Shown: positions 35,393 through 45,249, counted from the first letter of the stretch. The stretch: DNA of 49,343 bases from a virus (IMGVR_UViG_3300033143_003771:1-49343); one strand, 5' to 3'. The notes: generated from the letters alone by a model not told the origin. Translations and numbers: made by a program.

Positions 35393-36268
35393 CTAGATGA
35401 CCAGGATTTCAACACAGCGGCAGGATGGGTGGCTCTCGTTGGGGACGTCCACCATGGTCCCGTCAGGTAATCGCCACTGCGCTCCGATCGCAATCCGCGT
35501 TCCATTCATCGGCTCGCAGATCTCGCACACGGCACTGTCCCCCGACGAATCCCACTCACGCATCGCCTTGGCACCGAGCGCGCCCTCTTCCTGAAGCTGC
35601 TCCCAGAGTGCCTTTTGCCCGTGGCTGATCGAGCGGAGCGCCTCGGTACGGGCGATGTTCTCTGCCCGACGAGTCAGAAGCTTATCGGCATACTTATCGG
35701 CGAGTTTGTTTGCCCGCGTGGGATCGTCCAACTTCCGTAGAAGATACTCGCGGCGCCGGTCAACGGCGATTGCGCTGCGCTCGTCGAGCCCGATCACTGA
35801 CTTGATGTCCTTCGCCAGTCGCATCGGATGCCGACCAGAATCCACCCCCCGCTCCACCATCGATCGAATCGCCTCCCGGGTGGTCTTCGTAGTCTCCTTC
35901 ACCAGCTTCGCCGTGTGTTCCTTCAACCAGATCTTGATCTTGGGTTGCACCGCATCGAAGGCCACTGCATCGCCACCCGCCGTGATCTTCGCGGCTGCCT
36001 TGATGCCGTCTTCGAGCAACGGTTCGAGCTCGACGAATGTTGCACGCGCCCCAGCATCGTCCACCAATGAAACCACCGCGTTTGTCTGCGCCAGTTGCAG
36101 GTGGCGGGCCATAGAACTCAACGAAACATCATCCTGAAGGGCACGGAGTTCAGATGCGAGCTGTGCCATCATCCGCTTCTCGAGCTGCGCGGCTTCCGCG
36201 AAAAGCGCCCGTTGTTTCGGCACTGGACGAGGGCGCCGCGGAACAGCCTTGGCGAGCAGCCGGAACAC
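35393..36268 (-). CDS. Minor head/head morphogenesis protein (Mu gpF / SPP1 gp7-like)
   Basis: RAENIARTE, W....D..VC.IC..MNG, HP.CRC motifs. Confidence 0.9.
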   Translation of the reverse strand: MFRLLAKAVPRRPRPVPKQRALFAEAAQLEKRMMAQLASELRALQDDVSLSSMARHLQLAQTNAVVSLVDDAGARATFVELEPLLEDGIKAAAKITAGGDAVAFDAVQPKIKIWLKEHTAKLVKETTKTTREAIRSMVERGVDSGRHPMRLAKDIKSVIGLDERSAIAVDRRREYLLRKLDDPTRANKLADKYADKLLTRRAENIARTEALRSISHGQKALWEQLQEEGALGAKAMREWDSSGDSAVCEICEPMNGTRIAIGAQWRLPDGTMVDVPNESHPSCRCVEILVI

Positions 36269-37710
36269 TACTTTCTCGACCCTTCAATCTCTGGGACCGG
36301 AAGATCAGCCACCCGGCGCAGGTGCCGTTCCGTCTCGGGGTCGGATAGGTCGATCCCCAGGCCGGCAAGCGTCTCGAGGAACGGCCCGAGCACGCTGAGG
36401 TCGATATCGTCCAGTGGCTGATGCCCGAGCACAGGGAATGGGCCTTCCCAGCCATTCGCCTCACAGAGCAGCGGGATCCCCTGCCTGTTCATGGTGCCAC
36501 AGATTCCGTCCACCACGGCATCGATTGTGAGGACGAAGAGGTCTTTCCTCGAACGCCCCATGGCCTGAGTCCCCGATGTCTCATGCCCGAAAAGCAGGAA
36601 GTCAGCGAGGACTGCGCTCGCAATCTCCTGCTTATATCGTTGGATTACCCCATGCGAGTCAACAGTCCGAGCTCCTGCGGTGGACATCAGGCTGAGAGCA
36701 TAAATTTCATGCCCCTCGGTATCATGCTCGATCGGGAACACGATCCCACGTTGCTCGTCGGTCTTGATGTCACGTACCAGTTTCTGCAACGCAGCCAGTT
36801 CGGCCGCGCACTCCTGCCCCTCCTCGGTCGTCGTATCCTCTGCCATCCGCATGCGCTCGGCCGGCATGCGCGCCACCGGCACCCCGCAACCATCCCGTTC
36901 GATGGCGATAGCTTCGACCATCTGGATGGTTTTCTTCAGCTCGTAGGGTACCCACGCGCCGCGGAGCACCGAGAGCCCCTCCGGGCTGGCGTGCCACTCG
37001 TCCGTCTTGAAGTGCAACAGCTTCTGCGCCGGGATCTCCATGAACTGCCAGGTCGGAGGTGCCCACTGAATGACCGCAACAACCTTGCCGTGCGGGTCGA
37101 GCTCCCAGCGCCAGATCGTCTCCTGATGGCGAGGAGCCAGCTTCGCCCATCCCACCATGCCGTCGTCGTGGTTCGATGGCGGGTCGGCCTTCCGGCCGCG
37201 GCGCACCTTGAACACCATCTCCAGCAAGGAAAACCCGTAGAGCAGCTCCCAGAGCACCTCAGTCACCACCGCCGTCCAAGGCATGTCCAGGTCCTGGAGG
37301 CATCCATCGATGAACTTCGCCCGCTCCAACTGCTCCGGCGCTTCGTCGCCCGATGGGGGACTCACCGTCCAGGTGACCTGGCGGACGATCATCTTGATCG
37401 CGTAGAGAAAACTAGCGACAGTGGGCTCATTCCAGCCCATCTCGTGGAACGCGCGCTTGCCCTTGTCGTCGGCAAGATCGGGAAGAAACTCCTCGTAGAG
37501 GCGACCGAACCAATGCTTGAGCCCGGGGACGCCATACTCGGCGTTGAACCGGATTGCCCTCTCGACCTTTTTTCCCGCCTCGGTGGTGACCTCCCCTGTC
37601 CAGTTCGTGTCGTCCACGCCCATCATTTTGGGCACGTTCGGCGCTGGTACACTGCCTTGAGGGTCGTAGGTAGGTTGGGCTGTCTTCGGGGTGCGTTTAC
37701 GCGGCGCCAT
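36268..37710 (-). CDS. Portal protein (DUF935/Mu gp29-like)
   Basis: YGFS..E.V, KLAPR.Q.T..RW, IP..KLL.F, PEG.S.LR, IERD..G.P. Confidence 0.88.
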   Translation of the reverse strand: MAPRKRTPKTAQPTYDPQGSVPAPNVPKMMGVDDTNWTGEVTTEAGKKVERAIRFNAEYGVPGLKHWFGRLYEEFLPDLADDKGKRAFHEMGWNEPTVASFLYAIKMIVRQVTWTVSPPSGDEAPEQLERAKFIDGCLQDLDMPWTAVVTEVLWELLYGFSLLEMVFKVRRGRKADPPSNHDDGMVGWAKLAPRHQETIWRWELDPHGKVVAVIQWAPPTWQFMEIPAQKLLHFKTDEWHASPEGLSVLRGAWVPYELKKTIQMVEAIAIERDGCGVPVARMPAERMRMAEDTTTEEGQECAAELAALQKLVRDIKTDEQRGIVFPIEHDTEGHEIYALSLMSTAGARTVDSHGVIQRYKQEIASAVLADFLLFGHETSGTQAMGRSRKDLFVLTIDAVVDGICGTMNRQGIPLLCEANGWEGPFPVLGHQPLDDIDLSVLGPFLETLAGLGIDLSDPETERHLRRVADLPVPEIEGSRK

Positions 37711-37716
37711 GCCGTC

Positions 37717-37747
37717 AGGGTAGCGCAGAACTACACTAGGTTGTCAA
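37717..37747 (-). promoter_or_regulatory. Possible portal promoter with long spacer
   Basis: TTGACA-N19-TACCCT ending 6 nt before the portal ATG, which lacks an RBS. Confidence 0.35.
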
Positions 37748-37796
37748 GTGGTCCGCTCCAGCCTGGACCTACATTGTTCTCGCATGGTGCCGTCGT

Positions 37797-38633
37797 TTAT
37801 ACCTTGGCATTCCATTTATAATCTTCAGACGGCATGGGGAATTCGACGACTCTGGTTGCTCTAAGCAAGCGCACCGGTTGCCTATCAATGAAATGTCGCA
37901 ATGCGTTCTCTGTGCGCCTAGTCCTGACCTTCGCCATCTTGTATCCGCTTGTGCCCCTCAGCCCGCGCAAAAACGCACCGGCAGCGATGGCTGCTGAGTC
38001 CTCTTCGTCGGTATGGACCCCTGATTCCAAAACCTGGATGAAATCGACGACCCGTGCAGTGCTTTTGCCACATATAATCGCTCTCGCCGCGACGGCGAGA
38101 ACAGGGCCGCAGATCGGTGAAATCTTCGTTGACGTCGCGTTATAGACGGTATCGATGGTGTCGCGGTACTTCTTGTATATGTCGATTACCACATCGTTGG
38201 TGATTGCAATCGGCTTTTCGGATATATCGCCGCTAATTCCTAATCTCCCGAACTTCATCATTGCCCTGATCGTCGCTACCTGGATATTCGCGATCAGAAG
38301 CCCCTGGTACTTTGCCGCGTCGTGGGCGCTCCTCATCTTCCCTGTGTCGATCGCAGCAATGGCACGTTGAGCGATGTTTTCGACGACTATCATTCTGAAT
38401 GAAATCCCAGTCTCGACGATTGCAGACAGCCGGTGTTGTCCATTCACAAGCTCACCGTCAACGCTGAATCCGATCGCGTCCGTCGATGGATTAAAATTCC
38501 CGGCGGTCATGGCTCGAGCAAGAGCAGCGACATGCGTTGGGCGGATATTTCTATTGTTGTTGTTCCTTGCCAGCCACTTCGCAGCGATTTTTCTGTCGAC
38601 TATCATGATTTTGGGGTTCATTGGGCACTCCAC
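37797..38633 (-). CDS. ParB/Srx-like N-terminal domain protein, lower-GC moron
   Basis: A..WL..N..NR......V..LA..M..G, I.F..DG.L.NGQHRL.AI, ID.G..RS; visibly AT-richer than flanks. Confidence 0.8.
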   Translation of the reverse strand: MECPMNPKIMIVDRKIAAKWLARNNNNRNIRPTHVAALARAMTAGNFNPSTDAIGFSVDGELVNGQHRLSAIVETGISFRMIVVENIAQRAIAAIDTGKMRSAHDAAKYQGLLIANIQVATIRAMMKFGRLGISGDISEKPIAITNDVVIDIYKKYRDTIDTVYNATSTKISPICGPVLAVAARAIICGKSTARVVDFIQVLESGVHTDEEDSAAIAAGAFLRGLRGTSGYKMAKVRTRRTENALRHFIDRQPVRLLRATRVVEFPMPSEDYKWNAKV

Positions 38634-38719
38634 GATAAGCCCCCTCCGCCGCTAGTTCCTGGGCAGGAGATCACGACTTCGGGGACACAATGTGTTAAGG
38701 AACGCCCAGAAACGAAGAC

Positions 38720-38748
38720 AGTCTAGCAATGTGCTCGCGACATGTCAA
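38720..38748 (-). promoter_or_regulatory. Near-consensus sigma70 promoter with extended -10
   Basis: TTGACA-N17-TAGACT with TG at the extended -10 position. Confidence 0.7.
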
Positions 38749-38754
38749 CCCCGG

Positions 38755-38907
38755 TCATGGCTTGTTCAGGTGGTAGATCACCGCGGTGCGACTGCACCCG
38801 AGCTGACGGGCGACCTCCGCGGCGTTCTTACACTCCTTGAAGAGGGCCTTGACCTTCTTCGTGTTCAGGTTCTTTCGAACCCCCTGCGCGCTCTTCTTCT
38901 TAGGCAT
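38755..38907 (-). CDS. Small HTH DNA-binding protein
   Basis: RBS GGAGG; NAAEVARQLGCSRTAVIYHL helix-turn-helix. Confidence 0.75.
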   Translation of the reverse strand: MPKKKSAQGVRKNLNTKKVKALFKECKNAAEVARQLGCSRTAVIYHLNKP

Positions 38908-38952
38908 GTCGCCTCCTTTGTCCGAGCACAATGGCATGTGACATGTGGGTTG

Positions 38953-40305
38953 TCAATGAGGAACTGAACTGCCGAAACCGCCCCCCGTCATCTTCGATCG
39001 AGCTGTGTCCCAATTCAGAAATTGAGTGGTGGCATCCACCTGGTCATCGAACGCGCACGAAGGAAACGAAGTCACCTCAGCGACGTAATCATTCACCCAT
39101 GCTGCTTTTTCGGGCAACCAGACGTTGCCAGCCTCGAAGATGGGCGAGACGGCCTGTGCCCGCGCTTCCTTCGACTCCCGCGGAGAGATCGGGATGATCC
39201 CGGAGATCTTGCTACGCATCCGCTGGATGATGGCTGACCCGTTGGCTTTGTCCTCGATGAGCCGCGCCCTGCATCGCGGGTGACGCTGCACCATGCCGAT
39301 GAGCGCAGCCTCGGTGGGGGGATAGTCCATGTGCTCGCGGATCTGATCCAGAAGATAACGATTCGGCCCCCTCTTCCCCCACGCCTGAATGACCACAAAG
39401 CTATTTTTCGCGTTGTCCTTGAACGCGGCGTCGAGGCTGATCGCTACCGGGCGTAGGCCAGTTGGTGGCGTGTTATAGAATCGCAGCCACTGCGGCTTGA
39501 TGATCGAGCCCTCGGCCGGTAGGGGCCTCTGCTGGTAGAGCCCCCACCACTTCGATCCCTGGGCAGCTTTGATCGCAGCGAGAGCTCTCTCGTCGAACCG
39601 TTCGGGGCAAAGTGCGGCTCCCTCGGGGCGCCCCAGGGCGTCATCTTGCTCGGCCACTGCGGGGAGCGTGATGTGCAGCCAGTTGTCGCTGTGCCGCTTC
39701 GTGAGGTAGCCCGTCAGGTCGTCCTCGTGCCACCTCTGCATGAGGACGATAATGTGGGCCCCTGGCTCCCGCCTGGTGTAGAAGGTCGACTGGAACCAGT
39801 CCTGCTCGTGCTTGCGCATCGTGGGGGAGTGCGCATCCATCCAATTCTTGCATGGGTCGTCGATGATCATCAGGTGACCGCCGAACCCGGTGATCCCCCC
39901 TCCAACACCCGCGGTGAGCATCCCCCCACCTTCGGTTGTCTCCCACCTATCGGATGCGCCAGTCCCGGCCTTGACGCTCGTCCAGAGCTCGCCATTGGCA
40001 TTGAAAACATCGCGGACCTGCCGCCCCCAATGCGCAGCGAGCTCTGCAGCGTAGCTTGCGAGCAGTACCCGCCGCTTCGGGAAGAGCTCGAGGTACCAGA
40101 CTGGAAGCCACTTCGAGATCAAGAGTGACTTACCGTGACGCGGTGGCGCGTTGACGATGATCCGCGCCCCCTGGGGGCATCGCTTCATCTCCTTCATGAT
40201 CAGGTCGCAGATAAAATTCAGGTAGGACCACGCAATCCAGCGTTCACCCGTACTCGGGCTTACCTGCTCAGCAAGATCTTGGATCTTGCGCCGGTAGGCA
40301 TCCAT
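38953..40305 (-). CDS. terL: Terminase large subunit
   Basis: PPRHGKS Walker A, IIDDP Walker B, QRWHEDDL, YQQRP, IEDKANG, DDQVDA nuclease motif. Confidence 0.95.
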   Translation of the reverse strand: MDAYRRKIQDLAEQVSPSTGERWIAWSYLNFICDLIMKEMKRCPQGARIIVNAPPRHGKSLLISKWLPVWYLELFPKRRVLLASYAAELAAHWGRQVRDVFNANGELWTSVKAGTGASDRWETTEGGGMLTAGVGGGITGFGGHLMIIDDPCKNWMDAHSPTMRKHEQDWFQSTFYTRREPGAHIIVLMQRWHEDDLTGYLTKRHSDNWLHITLPAVAEQDDALGRPEGAALCPERFDERALAAIKAAQGSKWWGLYQQRPLPAEGSIIKPQWLRFYNTPPTGLRPVAISLDAAFKDNAKNSFVVIQAWGKRGPNRYLLDQIREHMDYPPTEAALIGMVQRHPRCRARLIEDKANGSAIIQRMRSKISGIIPISPRESKEARAQAVSPIFEAGNVWLPEKAAWVNDYVAEVTSFPSCAFDDQVDATTQFLNWDTARSKMTGGGFGSSVPH

Positions 40306-40514
40306 CAACGCTTCACCCACCTGTAGCGCCCATCGACGCCGGCCTTGATACGTCGATGAGTCTCGACCCATCGCCTGAATGCAACGGGCCAATTATCGGC
40401 GCGCTGAAATAACGCTAGACCGGCTCCACGCCCAAACTCGTGCTCCAGGGCGGCGCGTTCGGACAGCGGGCAGATCTCCCGTTCCCACAGCCCAAGGAGA
40501 GCAACGCGAGCCAT
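40305..40514 (-). CDS. Small hypothetical protein between terminase genes
   Basis: TGATG overlaps on both sides. Confidence 0.5.
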   Translation of the reverse strand: MARVALLGLWEREICPLSERAALEHEFGRGAGLALFQRADNWPVAFRRWVETHRRIKAGVDGRYRWVKR

Positions 40515-40957
40515 CAATCTCCGTCCTCTTTGTCTGGGACTGGAGCGACGTCAATTACTCCCTCCCGCGCGCGGTGCTCCTCGAGGAGCTGCTTGTCGTC
40601 CTCGTCCATGTGGGCCGGGCACACCGCGGCCTGGAGTTCCAGTCGGGCTTGTTCGATCGCCGTATTGACGTTGATCGAGATTGGCTGATTCGAGTCAACG
40701 GTGATCTTCGGTAGTCCGACAGCGTAGGAGAGCACGAGCTTACCGGCAGCGACATCGCCCTTGAGCGCCTCACGAGTCATAGCCCTGATCACGCCAGCGA
40801 TCATCTCTGGCGTCAATGCCTTTGCCAGGGCAACTCGATACGCCTTCATGCGTCGATCGAATGGGTTGCCTTTGGCGCGCTTGTTCCCCGAGGCGAATTT
40901 CCCTTTCTCAGTTCGCCCCGAGGTGTCCACCTCTACGCCTTTTTTTCTTCTACCCAT
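40514..40957 (-). CDS. Terminase small subunit-like protein
   Basis: GR..KGKF..GN...GNP and A.KGDV.A.KL.L.Y..G.P motifs; position upstream of terL. Confidence 0.7.
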   Translation of the reverse strand: MGRRKKGVEVDTSGRTEKGKFASGNKRAKGNPFDRRMKAYRVALAKALTPEMIAGVIRAMTREALKGDVAAGKLVLSYAVGLPKITVDSNQPISINVNTAIEQARLELQAAVCPAHMDEDDKQLLEEHRAREGVIDVAPVPDKEDGD

Positions 40958-41315
40958 TGGCTAATTCCGGCACGCCTCCAGTTGCATCAACCCACCGCTG
41001 GAGTGCGACAGCGCAGAATCCGGGCGAGATGTCGATGGCGCGGCAGATACGCCCGGTCTGCTCGCTGAGATCGACGACGGTGGCCACCACTGTTTTTTCC
41101 CCGCGCTTCTTCGCCAGCTCGAGGCGCAAGTGGCCATCGACTAGCCGGCCGGTGCGCTGGTTCCAAACAACGCCTTGGACGACGCCGACCTCCTCGAGCA
41201 CGCCGGCCATCACTCGAGCTTGTTTCTTCGGATGTTTTCTCCAATTCAGCGGATGCTCTTGTAGATTTTCCACCGAAATTTCACGTTGTTCAATAACCCT
41301 GTTTTTCCATGACAT
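40950..41315 (-). pseudogene. ParB-N / DNA methyltransferase fusion with in-frame internal deletion
   Basis: ParB-N (HP.N.R.H, LVDGH.R) joined directly to the MTase C-terminal tail EQTGR.C.AIDI.P.FC.V.LQRW; no DPPY or FxGxG. Confidence 0.7.
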
Positions 41316-41346
41316 TTGTTGTATTCTTTCGGGTGCATATGCCTAT

Positions 41347-41769
41347 CTAAAACGGGATATCATCATCACTCGACTGCTTCAGCCACGATAATTCGCGAAG
41401 ATTCTGCTTTGGCAGCGCTTCGAGCTCCGCGAGCTCATCGGCGGGGATGCTGCGAGTGGGCTCGGCGTCATACTCCGTGTCCACGCCGCTCCCGGATCTG
41501 CCGATGCGAAACATGCACGCTTGGCCGTGCTCTTTGCACGCATCGCCGAGGGCGCAGTAGAGTCGCCAGCCCCCCTCGAGGATCCCCACTTTCTCACCAT
41601 CCCATGCGTTCACAGCGAAGCGGAATCCGCCTTCTTTGTCAGCGTAGTAGCGTTTTTTATCTTCGTTGTAGGACACGTTCCCCGTTTCTTCATCGCCGAG
41701 GAGCACCACCTCTGTCCCATCCTCGGTTCTGATGAATGCGCGGCCGGTTGCTTTTTCTCCGAATGCCAT
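41347..41769 (-). CDS. Compact ssDNA-binding protein-like with acidic DDDIPF tail
   Basis: I.R.G.G.DT.Y motif seen in gp32-like SSBs; C-terminal DDDIPF; next to primase. Confidence 0.6.
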   Translation of the reverse strand: MAFGEKATGRAFIRTEDGTEVVLLGDEETGNVSYNEDKKRYYADKEGGFRFAVNAWDGEKVGILEGGWRLYCALGDACKEHGQACMFRIGRSGSGVDTEYDAEPTRSIPADELAELEALPKQNLRELSWLKQSSDDDIPF

Positions 41770-41776
41770 TGATTAC

Positions 41777-44524
41777 CTACCTTTCGTCGTCATCGTTGTC
41801 ATCGGGTTCGTCATCGGGTTCGTTGGTGTACCCTGGGTTAGTACTACGAGTACCTACTGGGTATTCGCTAGTTTTATCCGGTACTAGTACTACGTCAATT
41901 TCAGCTTGGGACTTTTGGGGGTTTTGGGACTTTTTCTCAGCACTACTACCTGAAGTATCACTCTGCCAATTTCCACGCGAAGTATGGGAGAAACACCCAA
42001 AAGTCCCAAAACCCCCACTTTCTATAGATCTGGATCCCGCGCGATCCATACACTCCACTGCCCACAGTACTCCGTCTCCCCTTCTGGTAGTGGTACACCG
42101 TACTAGGCGCATACCGTCGACCACCCGCCCACTGTAGCGCCTACAAGCCCACCCAATGGCCCGAGCCGATAGAGGACTACCATCGCGCCATCGGCTATCG
42201 CAAGCGCCCAGGGCGCAGCGCAGGGCCACTCCTGAGCTTGTCTGAGAGTCCCTTATGGCTCCAGCGATCGATGTCGGCGTCTCCTGGTAGATGCCGTACC
42301 AGGCGTGGAGCAGAGATCGCAGAGTTTCTAAGCCAGAATCCGCCTCGGAGCGGACCCGCGCTCGGCCCTGGGCGGGATCGGGCAGGCCGAGCCACATGAT
42401 CGGGCCACGGATGATCTCGTCCCATGCCTCGAACGATCCGATCGCCGTTCTGTCGATCTTGGGCAGACCGGCCATGAAAAAAGCTCTAATGATTGTCAAG
42501 CAATCCGTCACCAGCCTGCAGCGATGGTTGGTAACCCACTCGCGCAACGGATCGTGTTTCCATCCGGTTCGCTCCTCCGGTTGCTCGATCTCCGCGTCGA
42601 GGTTGATCGGGATTACCCGCCGGCCGGTATCCCCGCGCACCTGGATATTGTTTCCGGTAGCGAACACCACGGCTCGCCAGGGCACTGTTTTGGTCTCGCT
42701 CTGCCCGAGCACCCGGTCGCTGACAGTGCCGCTGGTAAGCGCAGCGTCCAGAGCTCCGCTTCCCAGGGGGAGCGTAAGATTATCGATCAACACCAGCGAT
42801 GATCCCTCGAGCGCGATGGCGAAGAGCCGCTTCCGTTCCTCCGCTTCCTCCGTGCTCTGGGCCATAACGGCAGGTTTTCTCCCGCAATAGATGATCGATA
42901 TCGCATCGACGAGCAGCGACTTGCCTGTGCCTGCAACGCGGGCATCGACAGTGAACAGCGGCACAGGGCCGGCGATGGCATCACGACAAACGACGGTGAG
43001 CAACGCGGCGAGAATGGCCGATCGATCAAACGCGTTGACAACCGGAAAATCCTCGAACACCTCGAGTATACTATGGGCCGCATTGGCGGCGTCTGCACGG
43101 TCGGGGTGTTTCTTCACACGCGGGTAGCTATCTCTGGTCTCGAGCCATACCCCAGTCTCCTCGTCGTATCCTGGGTTTTCGAGAACTGTTCCGTCAGGGC
43201 GCAGCGTCGGCGACTCGGAGACGCCGGAGAGCACCGGGAGTCTCCATTCCCCGCGATTCGCGAGCTGCTGGATCGCCCATATGGGAGGAATCGTCGAGAC
43301 CCACTCATCAGAACGCTTGTCAAACTTGAGCCAGTCAGCGGCGAGCGAGGCGATCTCAGTGAGGTGCGCGACGGGCGCAATCCCGATTGACGTAGATCCT
43401 TTCTCGCGAGAGATCCCACGCGGCGGATCGGCGTCACGCAAGAGGCGCACGAGGTGTCCGCTACGCTGGAATACTCGCCTGGGACGTAACGCGGAAACTG
43501 CAGCCTCGAGTTGATCGACGATGCTCGGCATATTATGGGTAACATGAATGACGGTACGTGCCTCGAGCTGCTCTGACACCACCTTGGATTGCTCAGAAGA
43601 TGGCCCGGTCGATAACGTAGACTTGGCTCCGAACCCCTGGCGGGCGAGATCTCGAGCGGCGGCCGCGAAGTCCCCTCGGTTGTTGAGCAGCGCATAAAGT
43701 TGAAAAAGCGAATAGCCCCGCATGGGGGCAAGTTCCGTCGACGAGGTGAAGCAATAAAAGACGCGCTTATCGACGTTCCATGTTGCGCTTGTTCCTGATC
43801 GTTTGTCGGGTCTCGTCCACAGTTCATTGTTTCTGCTGCACCCTGAAAACTTCCAACCATGATTCGTCAGAAGTGCAACGTGATCCCCCCTCGCCGCGAA
43901 ATCATCGCCGGGCGTGAGGCCCTGACGTGGTTGGCCGAACATCCGCGGTGGAGGTTTCTTGGCTGGCGTGGGAGGTAATTCGGGAACACCATCGAGGCTG
44001 AGCCATGCTCCATCATGTGCCGACGAAAAATGAGGATGGTCTTTGACGATCATCGGGAGCCAGGAGATACGCGCGGGATCTTTGCAGGCGTTGTCCCATG
44101 CTGTTCCGATCAGATAGGTAGCGAGCCGGGGATAGACAACATCACTCCATTGCTCGCTCGACATCGACGTTTTGAGCGGAAAGATAGCCCGCCAGCGAGG
44201 AACGGCCGGCTCTCCGTTTTTCTCCCGTAGGTGATGAGCAGTGGAATGAATGATGTAAGCCAAACCACGCTCGTCCCAATGGGGAGAAACGTCCTCGACG
44301 ACGATGCCGCAGTCAACATCGATCACCAGGCACGAGAGAGATTCAATCCCCTCATTGCTGCGGGTGGTGCCGTCACGATATTGGGTAGGGCTCCAGAGAG
44401 AAGCGGAATCACGCGGGCGCTCATCGGTGAACGTCGTCAGTAGATCGCAGAGTTCATCCCATGAGACGGAGCGTTGCTGGGGTTTGACTGCTTTGACGTG
44501 ACTCCAGATGCAAATTGGGATCAT
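41777..44524 (-). CDS. Primase-polymerase fused to P-loop helicase-like domain
   Basis: LVIDVD and IHST..H....R.R...PL AEP-like motifs; W.RP.K..G.SA..FY.F.SS; GTGKS and LIDN. Confidence 0.85.
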   Translation of the reverse strand: MIPICIWSHVKAVKPQQRSVSWDELCDLLTTFTDERPRDSASLWSPTQYRDGTTRSNEGIESLSCLVIDVDCGIVVEDVSPHWDERGLAYIIHSTAHHLREKNGEPAVPRWRAIFPLKTSMSSEQWSDVVYPRLATYLIGTAWDNACKDPARISWLPMIVKDHPHFSSAHDGAWLSLDGVPELPPTPAKKPPPRMFGQPRQGLTPGDDFAARGDHVALLTNHGWKFSGCSRNNELWTRPDKRSGTSATWNVDKRVFYCFTSSTELAPMRGYSLFQLYALLNNRGDFAAAARDLARQGFGAKSTLSTGPSSEQSKVVSEQLEARTVIHVTHNMPSIVDQLEAAVSALRPRRVFQRSGHLVRLLRDADPPRGISREKGSTSIGIAPVAHLTEIASLAADWLKFDKRSDEWVSTIPPIWAIQQLANRGEWRLPVLSGVSESPTLRPDGTVLENPGYDEETGVWLETRDSYPRVKKHPDRADAANAAHSILEVFEDFPVVNAFDRSAILAALLTVVCRDAIAGPVPLFTVDARVAGTGKSLLVDAISIIYCGRKPAVMAQSTEEAEERKRLFAIALEGSSLVLIDNLTLPLGSGALDAALTSGTVSDRVLGQSETKTVPWRAVVFATGNNIQVRGDTGRRVIPINLDAEIEQPEERTGWKHDPLREWVTNHRCRLVTDCLTIIRAFFMAGLPKIDRTAIGSFEAWDEIIRGPIMWLGLPDPAQGRARVRSEADSGLETLRSLLHAWYGIYQETPTSIAGAIRDSQTSSGVALRCALGACDSRWRDGSPLSARAIGWACRRYSGRVVDGMRLVRCTTTRRGDGVLWAVECMDRAGSRSIESGGFGTFGCFSHTSRGNWQSDTSGSSAEKKSQNPQKSQAEIDVVLVPDKTSEYPVGTRSTNPGYTNEPDDEPDDNDDDER
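41907..42016. repeat. Iteron-like direct repeats and 18-bp perfect inverted repeat (candidate replication origin)
   Basis: GGGGGTTTTGGGACTTTT (41917-41934) / AAAAGTCCCAAAACCCCC (41999-42016), built from ~9-bp TTTTGGGAC-like units. Confidence 0.7.
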
Positions 44525-45249
44525 GTTATCAACACCTGCTGCGATAAGCGCCGAGCAGCCATTGCGGCGTGATCAGGGTTCATGTCGATCTGCAGCGAGC
44601 GGCGACCACAATCCATCGCGGCCCGGCCGGTGGTCCCGGCCCCGCAGCAGGGATCGCAGACGAGATCTCCGGGGCGGGAGTAGTCGGTGATCAGGGCTTT
44701 CATGAGGGAGAGGGGCTTGCCTCCGACAAGGGTCATGCGCTCCGGGTTGAACGTGTATGCGCCCGGCAGAGTGCCCCACTTGGAGTAAGGAGCGCATCGC
44801 GGACGGGCTACAATGATCCAACAGACCCAGGAACTCGGCCCGTCGCCGGCTAGCCTGACGCGAGAGCCAGGTGAAACGAAGGGAAGCGGCGCGAATGAAT
44901 AGAGACCCTTCGCCTCGAGCTCTGCCGCCCAGATAGGAGCGAGTAGGTGATCGGTGATAACCACCCACCAGCCTTTGCAGGACCATGAAGTGACAGCACG
45001 GTGGACATCGGAGGGGGACCAGCAAGCATAATCCAGGGCGCGGCGAGAACATGGCGTGTCAACCCTCCCGTTGCCGCGTGTCCAATTCTTACTGTTTGGT
45101 CCAGCCAATGCCGCCGGATCTGATTTCTCATGCGTCCTCTCGCTATACGGCGGATCCGTGATGATGCAGTCCACCTCCCGCGGCAAGGGCTCAACGATGG
45201 AGTTTCCAATATATACCTCGTGGTCGGATCCGCCACCAATCAAGTCCAT
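44521..45249 (-). CDS. DNA N6-adenine/N4-cytosine methyltransferase (beta-class order)
   Basis: IITDPPY, KP..LM..LI..YS.PGDLV.DPCCGAGTT. Confidence 0.85.
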   Translation of the reverse strand: MDLIGGGSDHEVYIGNSIVEPLPREVDCIITDPPYSERTHEKSDPAALAGPNSKNWTRGNGRVDTPCSRRALDYACWSPSDVHRAVTSWSCKGWWVVITDHLLAPIWAAELEAKGLYSFAPLPFVSPGSRVRLAGDGPSSWVCWIIVARPRCAPYSKWGTLPGAYTFNPERMTLVGGKPLSLMKALITDYSRPGDLVCDPCCGAGTTGRAAMDCGRRSLQIDMNPDHAAMAARRLSQQVLIT

